Source: an uncultured Gammaproteobacteria bacterium (lineage in GTDB: Bacteria; Pseudomonadota; Gammaproteobacteria; Steroidobacterales; Steroidobacteraceae). Taken from it: a stretch of 64,000 bases of DNA. Numbering within the stretch: position 1 is the first letter of the stretch; every line of letters starts with the position of its first letter. The notes beneath the pieces are model-generated. The model made no database searches. It worked only from the letters and a program-made list of their open reading frames with translations, and was not told the origin of the DNA. This document shows, in pieces, positions 1 to 10,541 of the stretch. Both the position numbers and the translations under genes were made by a program. Location of the stretch: contig CAVPYY010000010.1 in assembly GCA_963710135.1 (NCBI GenBank), positions 65,833-129,832 of the forward strand, read 5' to 3'.

Positions 1-123
1 CACACGCACCGAACTCGCGCTGGTGTTGGCCAGATAGCCCTGCGACATGCGCTGCGAGGCGTGCGCCAGGTCCCGCCAGGCGTCGCTCCTGACCAGGAAC
101 TTGCGCTCGATCTCGAGCGGCAT
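1..123 (-). CDS. CYTH-domain protein (CyaB/triphosphatase family), first 41 codons only; continues beyond window start
   Basis: Minus-strand ATG at 121-123 gives MPLEIERKFLVRSDAWRDLAHASQRMSQGYLANTSASSVRV. The EIERKFLV opening is the CYTH-domain signature. It is too short to appear in the ORF track. Confidence 0.45.
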   Translation of the reverse strand, partial: MPLEIERKFLVRSDAWRDLAHASQRMSQGYLANTSASSVRV

Positions 124-125
124 GA

Positions 126-1478
126 TCAGCGCCCTTCGAACAAGGCGATGGTCTCCACGTGCGCGGTATGCGGAAACATGTCCATGACCCCGACGGCCGC
201 CAGCGTGAAGCCGTACTGGTTGACCAGCATGCCGGCGTCGCGGGCGAAGCTCGCGGGATGACAGGATACGTAGACCATGCGCCGCGGCGCGATGCGCCCG
301 AGGAGTTCCAGCACGGCCAGCGCGCCCGCCCGCGGCGGATCGAGCAGCACCCGCTCGTAGGGCTGCCCGGCCCAGGGCGCGCCCGCCGGGTCGGTCATCA
401 GGTCGGCGGCATGAAAGGTGGCGTTGGCAATCCCGTTGGCGGCGGCATTGGCGGCGGCTCGCGCCACCAGTCCCGCGTCGCCCTCCACCCCCGTCACCTG
501 CGCGGCGCGGCGCGCCAGCGGCAGCGTGAAGTTGCCGAGGCCGCAGAACAGGTCGAGGACCCGGTCAGCCGGCTCGAGCTCGAGCAGCTCCACGGCCAGC
601 GCCACGGCGCGCCGGTTGATCTCCGCGTTGACCTGTATGAAGTCCGAGGGCTCGAAGGTCATCCCGACGTCGAACGCGTCGAGACGATAGGTGAGCGGCG
701 TCGCCGGCGGATCGAGCGGGACGATGGTGTCGAGCCCCCCTGGCTGCAGGTAGAACTCGACGCCCTGTGCCGCCGCGAACTCACGCAACAGGGACAGGTC
801 GTCGGCGGTCGGCGGATCCAGCACCCGGGCCACCAGCGCGGTCGCGGCGTCGGCCACGGCGACCTCGAACTGCGGCAGGCGGTCACGGATGCTCAAGCGC
901 TCGACCAGGCCAGCCAGTGCGCCGACCAGTTCGCCAACCGGTGGCGCCAGCACGGGGCACTGGCGCACGTCGGCGATGTAGGGCTTGGAACGCTCCCGGA
1001 AGCCCACCAGCACGCGCCCCTTCTTGTAGACGTGCTTGACGCCGAGCCGCGCGCGGCGCCGATAGCCCCACAACGGCCCGGAGACGGGCGCCAGCCAGCG
1101 CGAAGGCTCGACGTGCCCGACGCGGGCGAGCTGCTCGGCGACGTGCGCCTGCTTGGCCTCGAGCTGCCGGGCAGGATCGAGATGCTGCAGCGCACAGCCG
1201 CCGCACACGCCGAAATGCGCGCAACGCGGCGCGACCCGGTCCGGCGACGCCGTCACGACCTCCAGCAGGTCCGCCTCGTCATGGCGGCGACGACGGCGCA
1301 GGCGTTGCGCCACGACCTGCTCGCCGGGCAGCGCCCCGTCGACGAACACCGTCTTGCCGTCGACCCGCGCCACCCCGCGACCGTCATGGGTCAGCGACGC
1401 GATCTGCATCGTCTCGGGTTGCGTGGGCGCCTTCTTCACGCCTGGCCCGCCTTGCGCCAGCTCCTCCGAACGGAGCAT
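126..1478 (-). CDS. rlmD: 23S rRNA (uracil1939-C5)-methyltransferase RlmD/RumA
   Basis: 450-aa ORF with a TRAM-like N-terminus and the Cys cluster CAHFGVCGGCALQH. It also has the SAM motif DLFCGLGNFTLPLA and the C-terminal VSCHPASFARD...PHTAHVE. Confidence 0.85.
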   Translation of the reverse strand: MLRSEELAQGGPGVKKAPTQPETMQIASLTHDGRGVARVDGKTVFVDGALPGEQVVAQRLRRRRRHDEADLLEVVTASPDRVAPRCAHFGVCGGCALQHLDPARQLEAKQAHVAEQLARVGHVEPSRWLAPVSGPLWGYRRRARLGVKHVYKKGRVLVGFRERSKPYIADVRQCPVLAPPVGELVGALAGLVERLSIRDRLPQFEVAVADAATALVARVLDPPTADDLSLLREFAAAQGVEFYLQPGGLDTIVPLDPPATPLTYRLDAFDVGMTFEPSDFIQVNAEINRRAVALAVELLELEPADRVLDLFCGLGNFTLPLARRAAQVTGVEGDAGLVARAAANAAANGIANATFHAADLMTDPAGAPWAGQPYERVLLDPPRAGALAVLELLGRIAPRRMVYVSCHPASFARDAGMLVNQYGFTLAAVGVMDMFPHTAHVETIALFEGR

Positions 1479-1497
1479 GCCCAGGTTCGGAACATCG

Positions 1498-1881
1498 TCA
1501 GGGTTTCTTCATGAGGATGGCGACGGCGACGACCAGGCCGGCCTCGTCCGTCAGGGTCACATGTCCCTCGCCCGCGCCGAGACCGTCGGCGACCGCCTGG
1601 CCACGCGGCGAGAAGCGGACTTCCGGTCGACCCCAGGCGTTGGGCATGAAGCCGACGTCGCGAATCCACACGCCGTGGGCGAAGCCGGTACCCAGCGCCT
1701 TGACGATCGCCTCCTTGGCCGCGAAACGCATGGCCAGGAACCGCACCGGCCGTTTCGTGCCGGCGAAGGCCGCGAGTTCCTCCGGCATCAAGAGCCGCCT
1801 GGCAAAGTGCTCGCCAAAGCGCTCGTAGACTTCTGCCACCCGCTCGATCTTCACCACGTCGGTGCCGATGCCGAAGATCAT
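1498..1881 (-). CDS. acpS: holo-[acyl-carrier-protein] synthase
   Basis: 127 aa starting [15 protein letters not shown]. The AcpS-type GIGxD opening and the position downstream of pdxJ match E. coli. Confidence 0.85.
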   Translation of the reverse strand: MIFGIGTDVVKIERVAEVYERFGEHFARRLLMPEELAAFAGTKRPVRFLAMRFAAKEAIVKALGTGFAHGVWIRDVGFMPNAWGRPEVRFSPRGQAVADGLGAGEGHVTLTDEAGLVVAVAILMKKP

Positions 1882-2615
1882 GCCGGGCGGGCTTCCCGCA
1901 TCAGCCGCTTCATGTCGGCCACCGCCGGGCCGAGCCCGCTGAATACCGCCCGCGCGATGATCGCGTGGCCGATGTTGAGCTCGATGATCGGACCGATCGC
2001 CGCGACCGGCTGCACGTTGTGGTAGTCGAGGCCGTGTCCCGCGTTGACGACGAGGCCGGCGGCGGAGGCCCGCTCGGCGGCCCGGCTCAGGCGGTGCAGT
2101 TCCGCCGCCTGCTGCGCGCCCGACGACCCGGCGTATGCGCCGGTGTGCAGCTCGATGACCGGCGCCCGCACGGCCAGCGCGGCCTCGATCTGCGCGTCGT
2201 CGGGGTCGATGAACAGCGACACGCGGATGCCTTCACCCGCGAGGCGGGCGCAGATCTCGCGCAGCCGTCCGGACTGGGCCGCGGCGTCGAGACCGCCTTC
2301 GGTGGTCACCTCCTCGCGGCGCTCGGGCACCAGGCAGACGTCGGCGGGACGGATCCTCGCGGCGATGCCGACCATCTCGTCGGTCGCCGCCATTTCCAGA
2401 TTCATCCGCGTCGCCAGCGCATCCCGCATCAGCACGACATCGCGATCCTGGATGTGGCGTCGATCCTCGCGCAGGTGCAGGGTGATGCTGTCCGCGCCGT
2501 GCTGCTCGGCCAGCAGCGCCGCGTGCAGCGGGCTCGGCTGCGTGCCGCGGCGCGCCTGGCGCAGCGTCGCGACGTGGTCGATGTTCACGCCCAGGGCTAT
2601 GGAATTCTGAATCAC
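1878..2615 (-). CDS. pdxJ: pyridoxine 5'-phosphate synthase
   Basis: 245 aa with [35 protein letters not shown] and NAGHGL motifs. It has a 4-nt overlap with acpS. Confidence 0.9.
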   Translation of the reverse strand: MIQNSIALGVNIDHVATLRQARRGTQPSPLHAALLAEQHGADSITLHLREDRRHIQDRDVVLMRDALATRMNLEMAATDEMVGIAARIRPADVCLVPERREEVTTEGGLDAAAQSGRLREICARLAGEGIRVSLFIDPDDAQIEAALAVRAPVIELHTGAYAGSSGAQQAAELHRLSRAAERASAAGLVVNAGHGLDYHNVQPVAAIGPIIELNIGHAIIARAVFSGLGPAVADMKRLMREARPA

Positions 2616-3346
2616 GACTCCGACTCCTGACGGCGCAGTGCGAGCATCACGTCGCGGCTGCGCAATCCGCGACCTTCAAGGGAGTGTTCCAGTGCCGCAC
2701 GCAGCAGGCGCTTGGCGGCGCGCAGCGACTCGTCAGAGTCGAGTCGCAGCGCGGCCAGCGCCAGCAGGTCGGCGCCACGGTACGCGTTGGCATCCAGGCC
2801 CGGCTCGCGCACCCCCCGCATCCCGACTCCCGGCTGGAACTGATAGTACCTGTCCGCCTCGAGCGGCGCCCCGGTGCCGGCCTCCCGCTCCAGGTCGACG
2901 CCATAGCCGAGATGGGTCAGCAGGCTTTGCTCGAAGCGGCGCAGTGCCGGCTGCTCGGACGCGCCGCCACGCAGGCCCGCCAGGGCCGCGGCGTAGTCGT
3001 CGAAGACCTCGACATGGGTCTCGTCACGCGGCAGCAGCTTGATGACCAGCTCGTTCAGGTAGAAGCCCGACATCAGCCGCGCGGGCGGCAGCCCCTCGGC
3101 CTGGCTGCCCGGCTCCGCCGCGGTGAGCTGGCCGGCGTCGCCGCGCAGCGAGAAGGTCAGCAGCAGCGGATTGAACGGCTGCAGCAGGGAGCGCAGCGGC
3201 GACTTGGGCCGGCGCGCGCCGCGCGCGAACAAGGTGATGCGCCCGTAGTGGCGCGTGAGGAACTCGAGGATCCGGCTCGAGTCGCTCCACTCGCGATGGT
3301 GCAGGAGGAACGCCGGCTCCAGCTGCGCCCGGCGGGTCGCGCTCAT
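2612..3346 (-). CDS. recO: DNA repair protein RecO
   Basis: ATG at 3344-3346 gives [31 protein letters not shown]... The start forms an ATGA overlap with the era stop, and the era-recO-pdxJ order is conserved. The longer ORF-track start (3415) overlaps era. Confidence 0.8.
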   Translation of the reverse strand: MSATRRAQLEPAFLLHHREWSDSSRILEFLTRHYGRITLFARGARRPKSPLRSLLQPFNPLLLTFSLRGDAGQLTAAEPGSQAEGLPPARLMSGFYLNELVIKLLPRDETHVEVFDDYAAALAGLRGGASEQPALRRFEQSLLTHLGYGVDLEREAGTGAPLEADRYYQFQPGVGMRGVREPGLDANAYRGADLLALAALRLDSDESLRAAKRLLRAALEHSLEGRGLRSRDVMLALRRQESES

Positions 3347-4245
3347 GATCCGTCGTAGCCGAACTGCCGCAGCGCGGCCTCGCTGTCGGACCAGTTCTCG
3401 CGGACCTTCACCCACAGCTCCAGGTGTACCCGGCGCCCCAGCAGCTCGTTGATCTCCAGCCGCGCGGCCTGCCCCACGCCCTTCAGGCGCGCGCCGCCCT
3501 CGCCGATGACGATGCGGCGCTGACCCTCGCGCTCGACCCAGATCATGGCGCCGATCGTCGCCCGCCCATCCGGCTCTTCGACCCAGCGCTCGATCTCGAC
3601 CGTCAGGCCGTAGGGCAGTTCTTCCTGCAGCACATAGGTCAGCTTCTCGCGGATCACCTCGGCGACCAGGAACCGCTCGCTGCGGTCGGTCACCTGGTCC
3701 TGCGGATAGCCGGGCGGCCCCTCCGGCAGCGCGGCGGCGAGCACCGCCACCAGCCGGTCGAGATTGTGGCGCTTGAGCGCGGAGACCGGCACCACGGCCT
3801 CGAAATCATGCAGGGCGGCGAGACGCTCGAGCAATGGCAGCAGCTTTTCCCGGGGATGCACCTCGTCGGTCCGGTTGACCACCAGCACCGTGCGCTTGCC
3901 CGACTGGCGCACCCGCTCGAGCACGGTGTCATCCTCGTCGGTCCAGCGCGTCGCATCCACCACCAGCAGCACCAGGTCCGCCTCGGCCAGCGAGCCCATC
4001 GCCGCGCGATTCATGGCCTGGTTCAGGCGCCCGCGCACGTGACTGTGCAGACCCGGTGTATCCAGGAAGATGGCCTGGAAGCCGTCACCGCTCAGCACCC
4101 CGACGATGCGATGGCGGGTCGTCTGCGGCTTTGGCGAGACGATGCTGACTTTCTGCCCGACCAGGCTGTTGAGCAAGGTCGACTTGCCGACGTTGGGCCG
4201 CCCGAGCAGCGCGACCAGGCCGCAGCGGTGCGCGACGTCGCTCAT
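3343..4245 (-). CDS. era: GTPase Era
   Basis: 300 aa with G1 GRPNVGKSTLLN, G3 DTPG and G4 NRTD, plus a C-terminal KH domain (VIREKLTYVLQEELPY). Confidence 0.92.
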   Translation of the reverse strand: MSDVAHRCGLVALLGRPNVGKSTLLNSLVGQKVSIVSPKPQTTRHRIVGVLSGDGFQAIFLDTPGLHSHVRGRLNQAMNRAAMGSLAEADLVLLVVDATRWTDEDDTVLERVRQSGKRTVLVVNRTDEVHPREKLLPLLERLAALHDFEAVVPVSALKRHNLDRLVAVLAAALPEGPPGYPQDQVTDRSERFLVAEVIREKLTYVLQEELPYGLTVEIERWVEEPDGRATIGAMIWVEREGQRRIVIGEGGARLKGVGQAARLEINELLGRRVHLELWVKVRENWSDSEAALRQFGYDGS

Positions 4246-4958
4246 GCCGAGGCTCCGCGCTCGAGCGCCTCGAGCAGCTGGCCCGCCGCCTCCTGCTCGG
4301 CGCGACGCCGGCCGGTGCCGGTCGCCTCGGCCGTCAGGCCGAGTTGCTCCACCTCACACCGCACCCGGAAGCGCTGTTCATGCGGTTCACCGGTCACTTC
4401 GAGCACCTCGTAACGGGGCAGGTCGATACCCTCCGCCTGCAGCCGTTCCTGCAGCCGTGTCTTCGGATCCTTGAGCTCGGCCGCGGCCGGCAGTCCCTCG
4501 AGGCGCTCGAACAGCAGTCGTTCGATGGCCCCGCGGGCGGCCGGCAGCCCGGCGTCCAGGTACAGCGCCCCGATCAGGGCTTCCAGCGCATCCGCGAGGA
4601 TGGACGTCCGGCGGAATCCGCCCGACTTCAATTCGCCCTCGCCGAGGCGCAGGTGATCGCCGAGCCCCTGCTCCAGCGCCACCTCGCCGAGTGTCTCGCC
4701 GCTCACCAGGCTCGCCCGGTAGCGCGACATCTCGCCCTCGGTGGCGTCCGGAAACCGGCGGTAGAGCATTTCGGCGACCACGAAGGAGAGCGCGGCATCG
4801 CCGAGGAACTCGAGCCGCTCATAGTTGCGTGAAGCGAGACTGCGGTGCGTCAGCGCCTCCGTGAGCAGCCTGTCGTCCGCAATCCGGGTGCCCAGGGTCC
4901 GCTCCACCCAGGTCTTTGCGGACCGCTTGCGCTGCAGATCGCTCACGCCATTCAGCAC
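4242..4958 (-). CDS. rnc: ribonuclease III
   Basis: 238 aa with the RNase III signature ERLEFLGDA and a C-terminal dsRNA-binding domain. It overlaps the era start. Confidence 0.92.
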   Translation of the reverse strand: MLNGVSDLQRKRSAKTWVERTLGTRIADDRLLTEALTHRSLASRNYERLEFLGDAALSFVVAEMLYRRFPDATEGEMSRYRASLVSGETLGEVALEQGLGDHLRLGEGELKSGGFRRTSILADALEALIGALYLDAGLPAARGAIERLLFERLEGLPAAAELKDPKTRLQERLQAEGIDLPRYEVLEVTGEPHEQRFRVRCEVEQLGLTAEATGTGRRRAEQEAAGQLLEALERGASA

Positions 4959-4960
4959 AT

Positions 4961-5332
4961 TCAGTTGATCGCGATCTCGACGGTCTTCTCGAACTCGGCC
5001 AGGAACGACACGTTGTAGATGAACGGCGTGGTCGCCTCGTAGGCGGCGGTCACCTCGAAGACGTTGCTCTTGCGCTTGATGCTGATGTCCTGCGGGGTCA
5101 GACGCTCGACATAGTTGATGTCGAACTGCCGCTCGATCGACTTGCGGATCATGAAATCGGTGGTGCCCGGACTGGAGTTGTACTCGTCGCGCACCTTCTC
5201 CAGCGTGCTCGCGATCCGCATGTACTCCAGGTACACCGGCGTCAGCCGGATTCCGGCATAGACCCAGGTGCCTGCCACCACGATCAGTACCAGCAATCCA
5301 AGGAAGGTGATTCCCCTCTGCTTGTTGCGCAT
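4961..5332 (-). CDS. small membrane-anchored protein, DUF4845-like
   Basis: 123 aa with an N-terminal TM helix (ITFLGLLVLIVVAGTWVYAGI) and a small soluble domain. By recollection, a gene of this type sits between lepB and rnc in Pseudomonas/Xanthomonas-type genomes. Confidence 0.55.
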   Translation of the reverse strand: MRNKQRGITFLGLLVLIVVAGTWVYAGIRLTPVYLEYMRIASTLEKVRDEYNSSPGTTDFMIRKSIERQFDINYVERLTPQDISIKRKSNVFEVTAAYEATTPFIYNVSFLAEFEKTVEIAIN

Positions 5333-5342
5333 CTCGGTCTCC

Positions 5343-6137
5343 CTATTGAATTCGCGTGGCCATGCGCTCCCAGAGCAGGAGCGAACCCTCGTCAGGATTG
5401 AATGACAGCCAGATCACCACCGCCTGGCCGATGAGGTTCTCGGCCGGCACGAAACCGACCTCCGGAAAGCGGCTGTCGCGGCTGTTGTTGCGGTTGTCGC
5501 CCATCATGAAATAGTGACCCGCCGGAACCTCCCAGACTCCGTCGGTGCCCATGCGGCTGCGGTCGAACATGATCTGGTGCGCGCCGTCTTCCATCCGCTC
5601 CTCCGCCACCACAGCATAACCATACTGCGCTTCCTTCGGCCCGCGGTAGCCGTCGATCGGCTCGATCGGCAAGGGACGCCCATTGACCGAGACCTGTGCG
5701 CCCTGCACGCGGATCGTGTCCCCGGGCAGGCCGACCAGGCGCTTGATGAACACCACGGAAGGCTCGGTTGGCTTGCGGAACACGATGACGTCACCCCGCT
5801 CGGGCTCGCCGATGGGCAGCACCTTCCAGTTGAGCACGGGCAGGCGCAGTCCGTATCCCCACTTGTTCACGAAAATGAAGTCCCCCTGGATGAGGGTCGG
5901 CATCATCGAGTCCGAGGGGATCCGGAACGGCTCATACAGGAAGGATCTGAGAACCAGTACCAGCAGGATCACCGGAAAGAACGACCGGGACCACTCCACC
6001 GCCAGCGGCTCGCGCGCGCCCTCCCCGGCGGCCACCCGGCGCGGCCGCCAGATCCAGCGGTCGAGCCCCGCGATAACGCCGGTCACCAGGGCCAGCACGA
6101 CCAGTACGAACGAAAAATCGAAGATCATCCCACCCAC
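5343..6137 (-). CDS. lepB: signal peptidase I
   Basis: 264 aa with the catalytic Ser box RIPSDSMMPTL, VFIKRLVGLPGD and box E GDNRNNSRDSR. Confidence 0.92.
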   Translation of the reverse strand: MGGMIFDFSFVLVVLALVTGVIAGLDRWIWRPRRVAAGEGAREPLAVEWSRSFFPVILLVLVLRSFLYEPFRIPSDSMMPTLIQGDFIFVNKWGYGLRLPVLNWKVLPIGEPERGDVIVFRKPTEPSVVFIKRLVGLPGDTIRVQGAQVSVNGRPLPIEPIDGYRGPKEAQYGYAVVAEERMEDGAHQIMFDRSRMGTDGVWEVPAGHYFMMGDNRNNSRDSRFPEVGFVPAENLIGQAVVIWLSFNPDEGSLLLWERMATRIQ

Positions 6138-6156
6138 CCGTGCCCGCTCGGTCCGG

Positions 6157-7950
6157 TCACTTCTTGCCCATCTGCAGGACGGCCAGGAAGGCCTCCTGCG
6201 GAATTTCCACGGTGCCGAGCTGCTTCATGCGCTTCTTGCCTTCCTTCTGCTTCTCCAGCAGCTTGCGCTTGCGGCTGACGTCGCCGCCGTAGCACTTGGC
6301 CAGCACGTTCTTGCGCAGCGCCTTGACGCTCGCCCGGGCGATCACCTGGCTGCCGATGGCCGCCTGGATGGCCACCTCGAACATCTGGCGCGGGATCAGC
6401 TCCTGCATCTTGTCGACCAGCTCCCGACCGCGCTGATAGGAGGTGTCGCGATGCACGATCATGGACAGCGCATCGACGCGATCGCCGTTTATCAGCACGT
6501 CGAGCTTGACCAGCGGGGCCTTCTCGAAGCGGCTGAACTCGTATTCGAACGAGGCGTAGCCGCGGCTGGCTGACTTCAGCCGGTCGAAGAAGTCGAGCAC
6601 CACCTCGGCGAGCGGCAGTTCGTACTGCAACGCCATCTGCGTCCCCAGCTGCAGCATCTTCTTCTGCACCCCGCGCTTCTCCTGGCACAGGGCCAGGACG
6701 CCGCCCACGTGTGCGGGCGGCACGAGGATGTTGGCGGTGATGATCGGCTCGCGCAACTCCAGGATCACGTTGCCGGAGGGCAGCTTCGACGGGTTGTCGA
6801 CGAAGGCCGTCGTGCCGTCGGTGAGGGCCACTTCGTACACCACCGTCGGCGCGCTGGTCACGAGGTCGAGGTCGTACTCCCGCTCGAGCCGCTCCTGCAC
6901 GATCTCCATGTGCAGCAGTCCGAGAAAGCCGCAGCGAAACCCGAAACCGAGCGCCGCCGACACTTCCGGCTCGAACTGCAGCGATGAATCGTTGAGGCGC
7001 AGCTTCTGCAGGGCGTCGCGGAACGACTCGTAATCGTCGGACTTCACCGGGAACAGGCCGGCGAAGACGCGCGGCTGCACCGACTTGAATCCCGGCAGCG
7101 GCTTGTCGCAGCGCCGGCTCTCGTGCGTGATGGTGTCGCCGACCGGCGCGCCGCCGATCTCCTTGATGCCCGCCACGATCCAGCCGACCTCGCCAGCGCC
7201 GAGCAACTGGCCCTCGACGCGCTTCGGCGTGAAGTGGCCAATGCGGTCGACCTCCCAGGCGCGTCCGGTGGACAAGATGCGGATCTTGTCGCCGCGGCGC
7301 ACCGAGCCGTTGACGATGCGCACCAGCGACACCACGCCGACGTAGTTGTCGAACCACGAGTCGACGATCAGCGCCTGCAGCGGCCCCTCCGGATCGCCCT
7401 TCGGCGCCGGGATCCGCTTGATCAGCACTTCCAGCAGATCGCGCACGTTCTCGCCGGTCTTGGCGCTGACCCGCACCGCGTCGGATGCCTCGACACCGAT
7501 GATCTCCTCGATCTCGGCGATGACGCGATCCGGGTCGGCCGACGGCAGGTCGATCTTGTTCAGGACCGGCACCACTTCGAGCCCCTGCTCGATCGCGGTG
7601 TAGCAGTTCGCCACGCTCTGCGCCTCGACACCCTGCGCGGCGTCCACGACCAGCAGGGCGCCCTCGCAGGCGGCCAGTGAGCGCGAGACCTCGTATGAGA
7701 AGTCGACGTGCCCGGGCGTGTCGATGAAGTTGAGCTGGTACTCGGCCCCGTCGTTGGCGCGATACTTCAGCGTGACCGCCTGGGCCTTGATGGTGATGCC
7801 GCGCTCCCGTTCCAGGTCCATGGAGTCCAGCACCTGGGCCTGCATCTCGCGATCGGCGAGACCGCCGCAGATCTGGATGATCCGGTCGGCGAGCGTCGAC
7901 TTGCCATGGTCGATATGCGCGATGATGGAAAAGTTGCGGATGTTGTGCAT
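6157..7950 (-). CDS. lepA: elongation factor 4 (LepA)
   Basis: The 689-aa ORF-track entry carries a spurious Arg/Pro-rich N-terminal extension. ATG at 7948-7950 gives 597 aa starting [23 protein letters not shown], with [12 protein letters not shown] and the LepA C-terminal domain, all intact. Confidence 0.95.
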   Translation of the reverse strand: MHNIRNFSIIAHIDHGKSTLADRIIQICGGLADREMQAQVLDSMDLERERGITIKAQAVTLKYRANDGAEYQLNFIDTPGHVDFSYEVSRSLAACEGALLVVDAAQGVEAQSVANCYTAIEQGLEVVPVLNKIDLPSADPDRVIAEIEEIIGVEASDAVRVSAKTGENVRDLLEVLIKRIPAPKGDPEGPLQALIVDSWFDNYVGVVSLVRIVNGSVRRGDKIRILSTGRAWEVDRIGHFTPKRVEGQLLGAGEVGWIVAGIKEIGGAPVGDTITHESRRCDKPLPGFKSVQPRVFAGLFPVKSDDYESFRDALQKLRLNDSSLQFEPEVSAALGFGFRCGFLGLLHMEIVQERLEREYDLDLVTSAPTVVYEVALTDGTTAFVDNPSKLPSGNVILELREPIITANILVPPAHVGGVLALCQEKRGVQKKMLQLGTQMALQYELPLAEVVLDFFDRLKSASRGYASFEYEFSRFEKAPLVKLDVLINGDRVDALSMIVHRDTSYQRGRELVDKMQELIPRQMFEVAIQAAIGSQVIARASVKALRKNVLAKCYGGDVSRKRKLLEKQKEGKKRMKQLGTVEIPQEAFLAVLQMGKK

Positions 7951-8030
7951 TCGGAAGCGTGCGCCACGACGTAAGGCCCTCGGGGTCGGGCAAAGTCGCG
8001 GGATTATAGCAGTCGGGCCGCGCCGGACCC

Positions 8031-8279
8031 TTACGAATCCAGCAGCCGCCCGAGCGCGGCCGGATCGAACCGGCCGTGGCAGACGACCAGTCCGTCGAGG
8101 GTCAGCACGGGGATCTTCAGCCCGAAGCGGCGGCGGGTCAGCGGATCGGCGTCGACGTCCCGGACCTGGACAGCGACCGCCCGGCCGGCAAGAAATCCTG
8201 CCAGGTCCGCCAGCATCTCGTCGCACAGCGGGCAGTCCTCGCGCGAATAGACGACCAGTCGCGCCGGCTCAGCGGCCAT
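8031..8279 (-). CDS. glutaredoxin-like thioredoxin-fold protein (DUF836/YruB-like)
   Basis: ATG at 8277-8279 gives ~82 aa: [22 protein letters not shown]...IPVLTLDG. The CPxC motif and the small size fit this family. Confidence 0.55.
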   Translation of the reverse strand: MAAEPARLVVYSREDCPLCDEMLADLAGFLAGRAVAVQVRDVDADPLTRRRFGLKIPVLTLDGLVVCHGRFDPAALGRLLDS

Positions 8280-9243
8280 CCGGCCTGCCCTCGGGCACCA
8301 CACCGTTCGCAATGCGCTTGAGCGTCGCCGGCGGCACCTCGCCGACGGCGGTGACCTGGTGTCCTTCGACGAACATGGAGAACGTCGACGACGCGCCCGC
8401 GCGGCCGAGACCGACCGCCGGCTTCTGTCCGGCGCCCGGCTGATGAATGAAGACGGACACCGAGGCCAGCCCGTCCGACAGCACGAGATGACTGACCGGT
8501 GCCGCCACGCCCAGCATCTGCTGCACGTTGCTGTCCGACAGCAGGAATCCCGGCGGCGCGCCCCGCACCGTCCAGGGCAGGCGGTCCGACGGGTCCATGC
8601 CGACCTGCCGCATCCACCTGAACTGGGTACGGTCCACCTCGGGCTGCAGCTCCGCGTCGAGAATGTCGCTGCGCATTTCGAGGTAGGTGAAGCGCAGCCG
8701 CTCCACCACGCGGTCTTCGCTGTCGCACAGCTCGGTGCGGACCGGCATGCTGGTGGCCTCGTCGATCCACAGCCGGTGCCCGAAGCGGTAGCGGTCGCGC
8801 GGGCGCACCGAGACCACCGCCGCGGGACGCCCGCTCAGGCCGGTCGCCCGTCCGACCAGGCGCACCTCGTACCACTGCTCGAGGCCCGCGCCGAAGCGCG
8901 GCAAGGCCCCCAGCAAACCGCCGCGATCGGCCTGGCGCTCGATCACCGCAAGACGCTTGTCCGGCAGGAACGCCGTCACCTCGTCGCCGTCGCGGATCAT
9001 CTCCCGCCCGGAGCCGCCGAGGGATATCAGCCGTTCACTGACGCGGCCATCGCGGACGCGATGGTAGATGCGCATGCGCTCGGTGTAGTCCGCGCCATCG
9101 AGGCGGAACTCGCCGACGTAATTCGACTCGGCCAGGGCGCGCGTCATGCGCTCCAGCCAGACACGGCCATCTTCCGAGGCATGACCCGGCGACGCGAAGG
9201 CCAGGCAGACGGCTGCCGCCGCCGCCATGGCCAGGCGGGTCAT
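8269..9243 (-). CDS. rseB: sigma-E regulatory protein RseB/MucB
   Basis: 324 aa with a signal peptide (MTRLAMAAAAAVCLAFASPGHA). Length and layout are MucB/RseB-like, and it follows the anti-sigma gene with a 4-nt overlap. Confidence 0.8.
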   Translation of the reverse strand: MTRLAMAAAAAVCLAFASPGHASEDGRVWLERMTRALAESNYVGEFRLDGADYTERMRIYHRVRDGRVSERLISLGGSGREMIRDGDEVTAFLPDKRLAVIERQADRGGLLGALPRFGAGLEQWYEVRLVGRATGLSGRPAAVVSVRPRDRYRFGHRLWIDEATSMPVRTELCDSEDRVVERLRFTYLEMRSDILDAELQPEVDRTQFRWMRQVGMDPSDRLPWTVRGAPPGFLLSDSNVQQMLGVAAPVSHLVLSDGLASVSVFIHQPGAGQKPAVGLGRAGASSTFSMFVEGHQVTAVGEVPPATLKRIANGVVPEGRPDGR

Positions 9244-9899
9244 CGGCTGGCGTCCTCCCGGGACGGCTCGACGGGAGCCTGTGCCGCAGCGGGCGGCGCC
9301 TCGGGTTCACGCGCATCGACGACCACCGAGGTCACCATGCTGCGCGCGGCAAGCGGTGAGGTGTAAACGCTGTGCGCGACCAGATAGGAGGCGAGCTGCG
9401 CCGGGGGCAGGCCGTTCGGCGCGCCGAGCGGCGCCGGCGGCGTCGTGTAGCCCGGATCGTCCTCGACCACGTCCGCCACGGAAACCGGGACGATTTCACC
9501 TTCCGGCTCGAGTGCCGCCACTGCGGCCGGCACGTTCGCAACCAGCGCTTCCGAACCGGTGACCGCCGCACCGCCGGACCACAACGGCAACAGCACGACC
9601 GTGGCCGCCGCCACGCTCGCCGCGACGGCGAGCCCGGCCAGGGGCTGGATCCAGCGCAAACCCGAGCGCGGCCCCAGTGCCGGCTCGACCTGTATCGCCG
9701 CGCTGACGCGCGCAGCGACGTGGTGGGCCGCGGACACGTCCCCGTCGGCGCGCAGCACCGAGCCGATCAGCGAGTAACGCGACAGGGCGCCCTTGAGTTC
9801 GTCGTCGCGCTCGAGGCGCTTCAACAGCAGGGTGGTCTCGGCTTCCGGCAGTTCGCCGTCCAGGAAAGCGGAGAGCTGTTCCTTGAGTGTGTCAGTCAT
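9240..9899 (-). CDS. rseA: anti-sigma-E factor RseA/MucA
   Basis: 219 aa with an N-terminal anti-sigma domain (LSAFLDGELPEAE...LSRYSLIGSVLR). It has one TM helix (LAGLAVAASVAAATVVLLPLW) and a Pro/Ala-rich periplasmic tail, and overlaps the rpoE stop. Confidence 0.75.
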   Translation of the reverse strand: MTDTLKEQLSAFLDGELPEAETTLLLKRLERDDELKGALSRYSLIGSVLRADGDVSAAHHVAARVSAAIQVEPALGPRSGLRWIQPLAGLAVAASVAAATVVLLPLWSGGAAVTGSEALVANVPAAVAALEPEGEIVPVSVADVVEDDPGYTTPPAPLGAPNGLPPAQLASYLVAHSVYTSPLAARSMVTSVVVDAREPEAPPAAAQAPVEPSREDASR

Positions 9900-10536
9900 C
9901 TTGGTCCCCGGCGCGCCCCAGGCCGCCCTCGAACACCCCTTGCAGGTGGCGGTCGATGGCCTCGCGGGCGCGGAAAATTCTCGATCTCACTGTGCCCACC
10001 GGGCACTCCATGGTCTTGGCAATCTCGTCGTAACTCAAACCTTCGAGCTCGCGCAGCACGATCGCGGTGCGCAGGTCCTCGGGCAGGCCGTCGATCGCGC
10101 GATTGACGGTCGTCCGGATTTCCTCGGTGAGCAACAGCCGCTCGGGCGTGTCGCTGTCCTTCAGCCTGGCGCGGATCTCGGAACCCGGACCTTCCTGCGC
10201 ATCGACGTCGAAGGACATCGGGCGGCGGCCGGCCGACACCAGCGCGTTCTTGGCAGTGTTGATGGCGATGCGATACAGCCAGGTGTAGAAGGCGCTGTCG
10301 CCGCGAAACGCGGGCAGCGCGCGGTAGGCCTTGATGAAGGCGTCCTGCACCACGTCCTCGGCCTCGCCCTGATCGCGCACGTAGCGCTGCACCAGCTTCA
10401 GTACCTTGTGCTGGTACTTGAGGACGAGCGCGTCGAAGGCGGACTTGTCGCCCTTCTGAACGCGCCTGACCAGGGCGAGATCGCCTGTGTCGGGCCCGGC
10501 GGCCAATGTTGTCGGCAAGGCGCTGGCGGTATCCAC
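9892..10536 (-). CDS. rpoE: ECF RNA polymerase sigma factor RpoE/AlgU
   Basis: Region 2 (DVVQDAFIKAYRALPAFRGDSAFYTWLYRIAINTAKN) and region 4 (LRELEGLSYDEIAKTMECPVGTVRSRIFRAREAI) are present. The ORF-track start at 10536 is GTG; the true start may be the TTG at 10504-10506 (MAAGPDTGDLALVRRVQKGD). Confidence 0.9.
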   Translation of the reverse strand: MDTASALPTTLAAGPDTGDLALVRRVQKGDKSAFDALVLKYQHKVLKLVQRYVRDQGEAEDVVQDAFIKAYRALPAFRGDSAFYTWLYRIAINTAKNALVSAGRRPMSFDVDAQEGPGSEIRARLKDSDTPERLLLTEEIRTTVNRAIDGLPEDLRTAIVLRELEGLSYDEIAKTMECPVGTVRSRIFRAREAIDRHLQGVFEGGLGRAGDQDD

Positions 10537-10541
10537 GCCGC

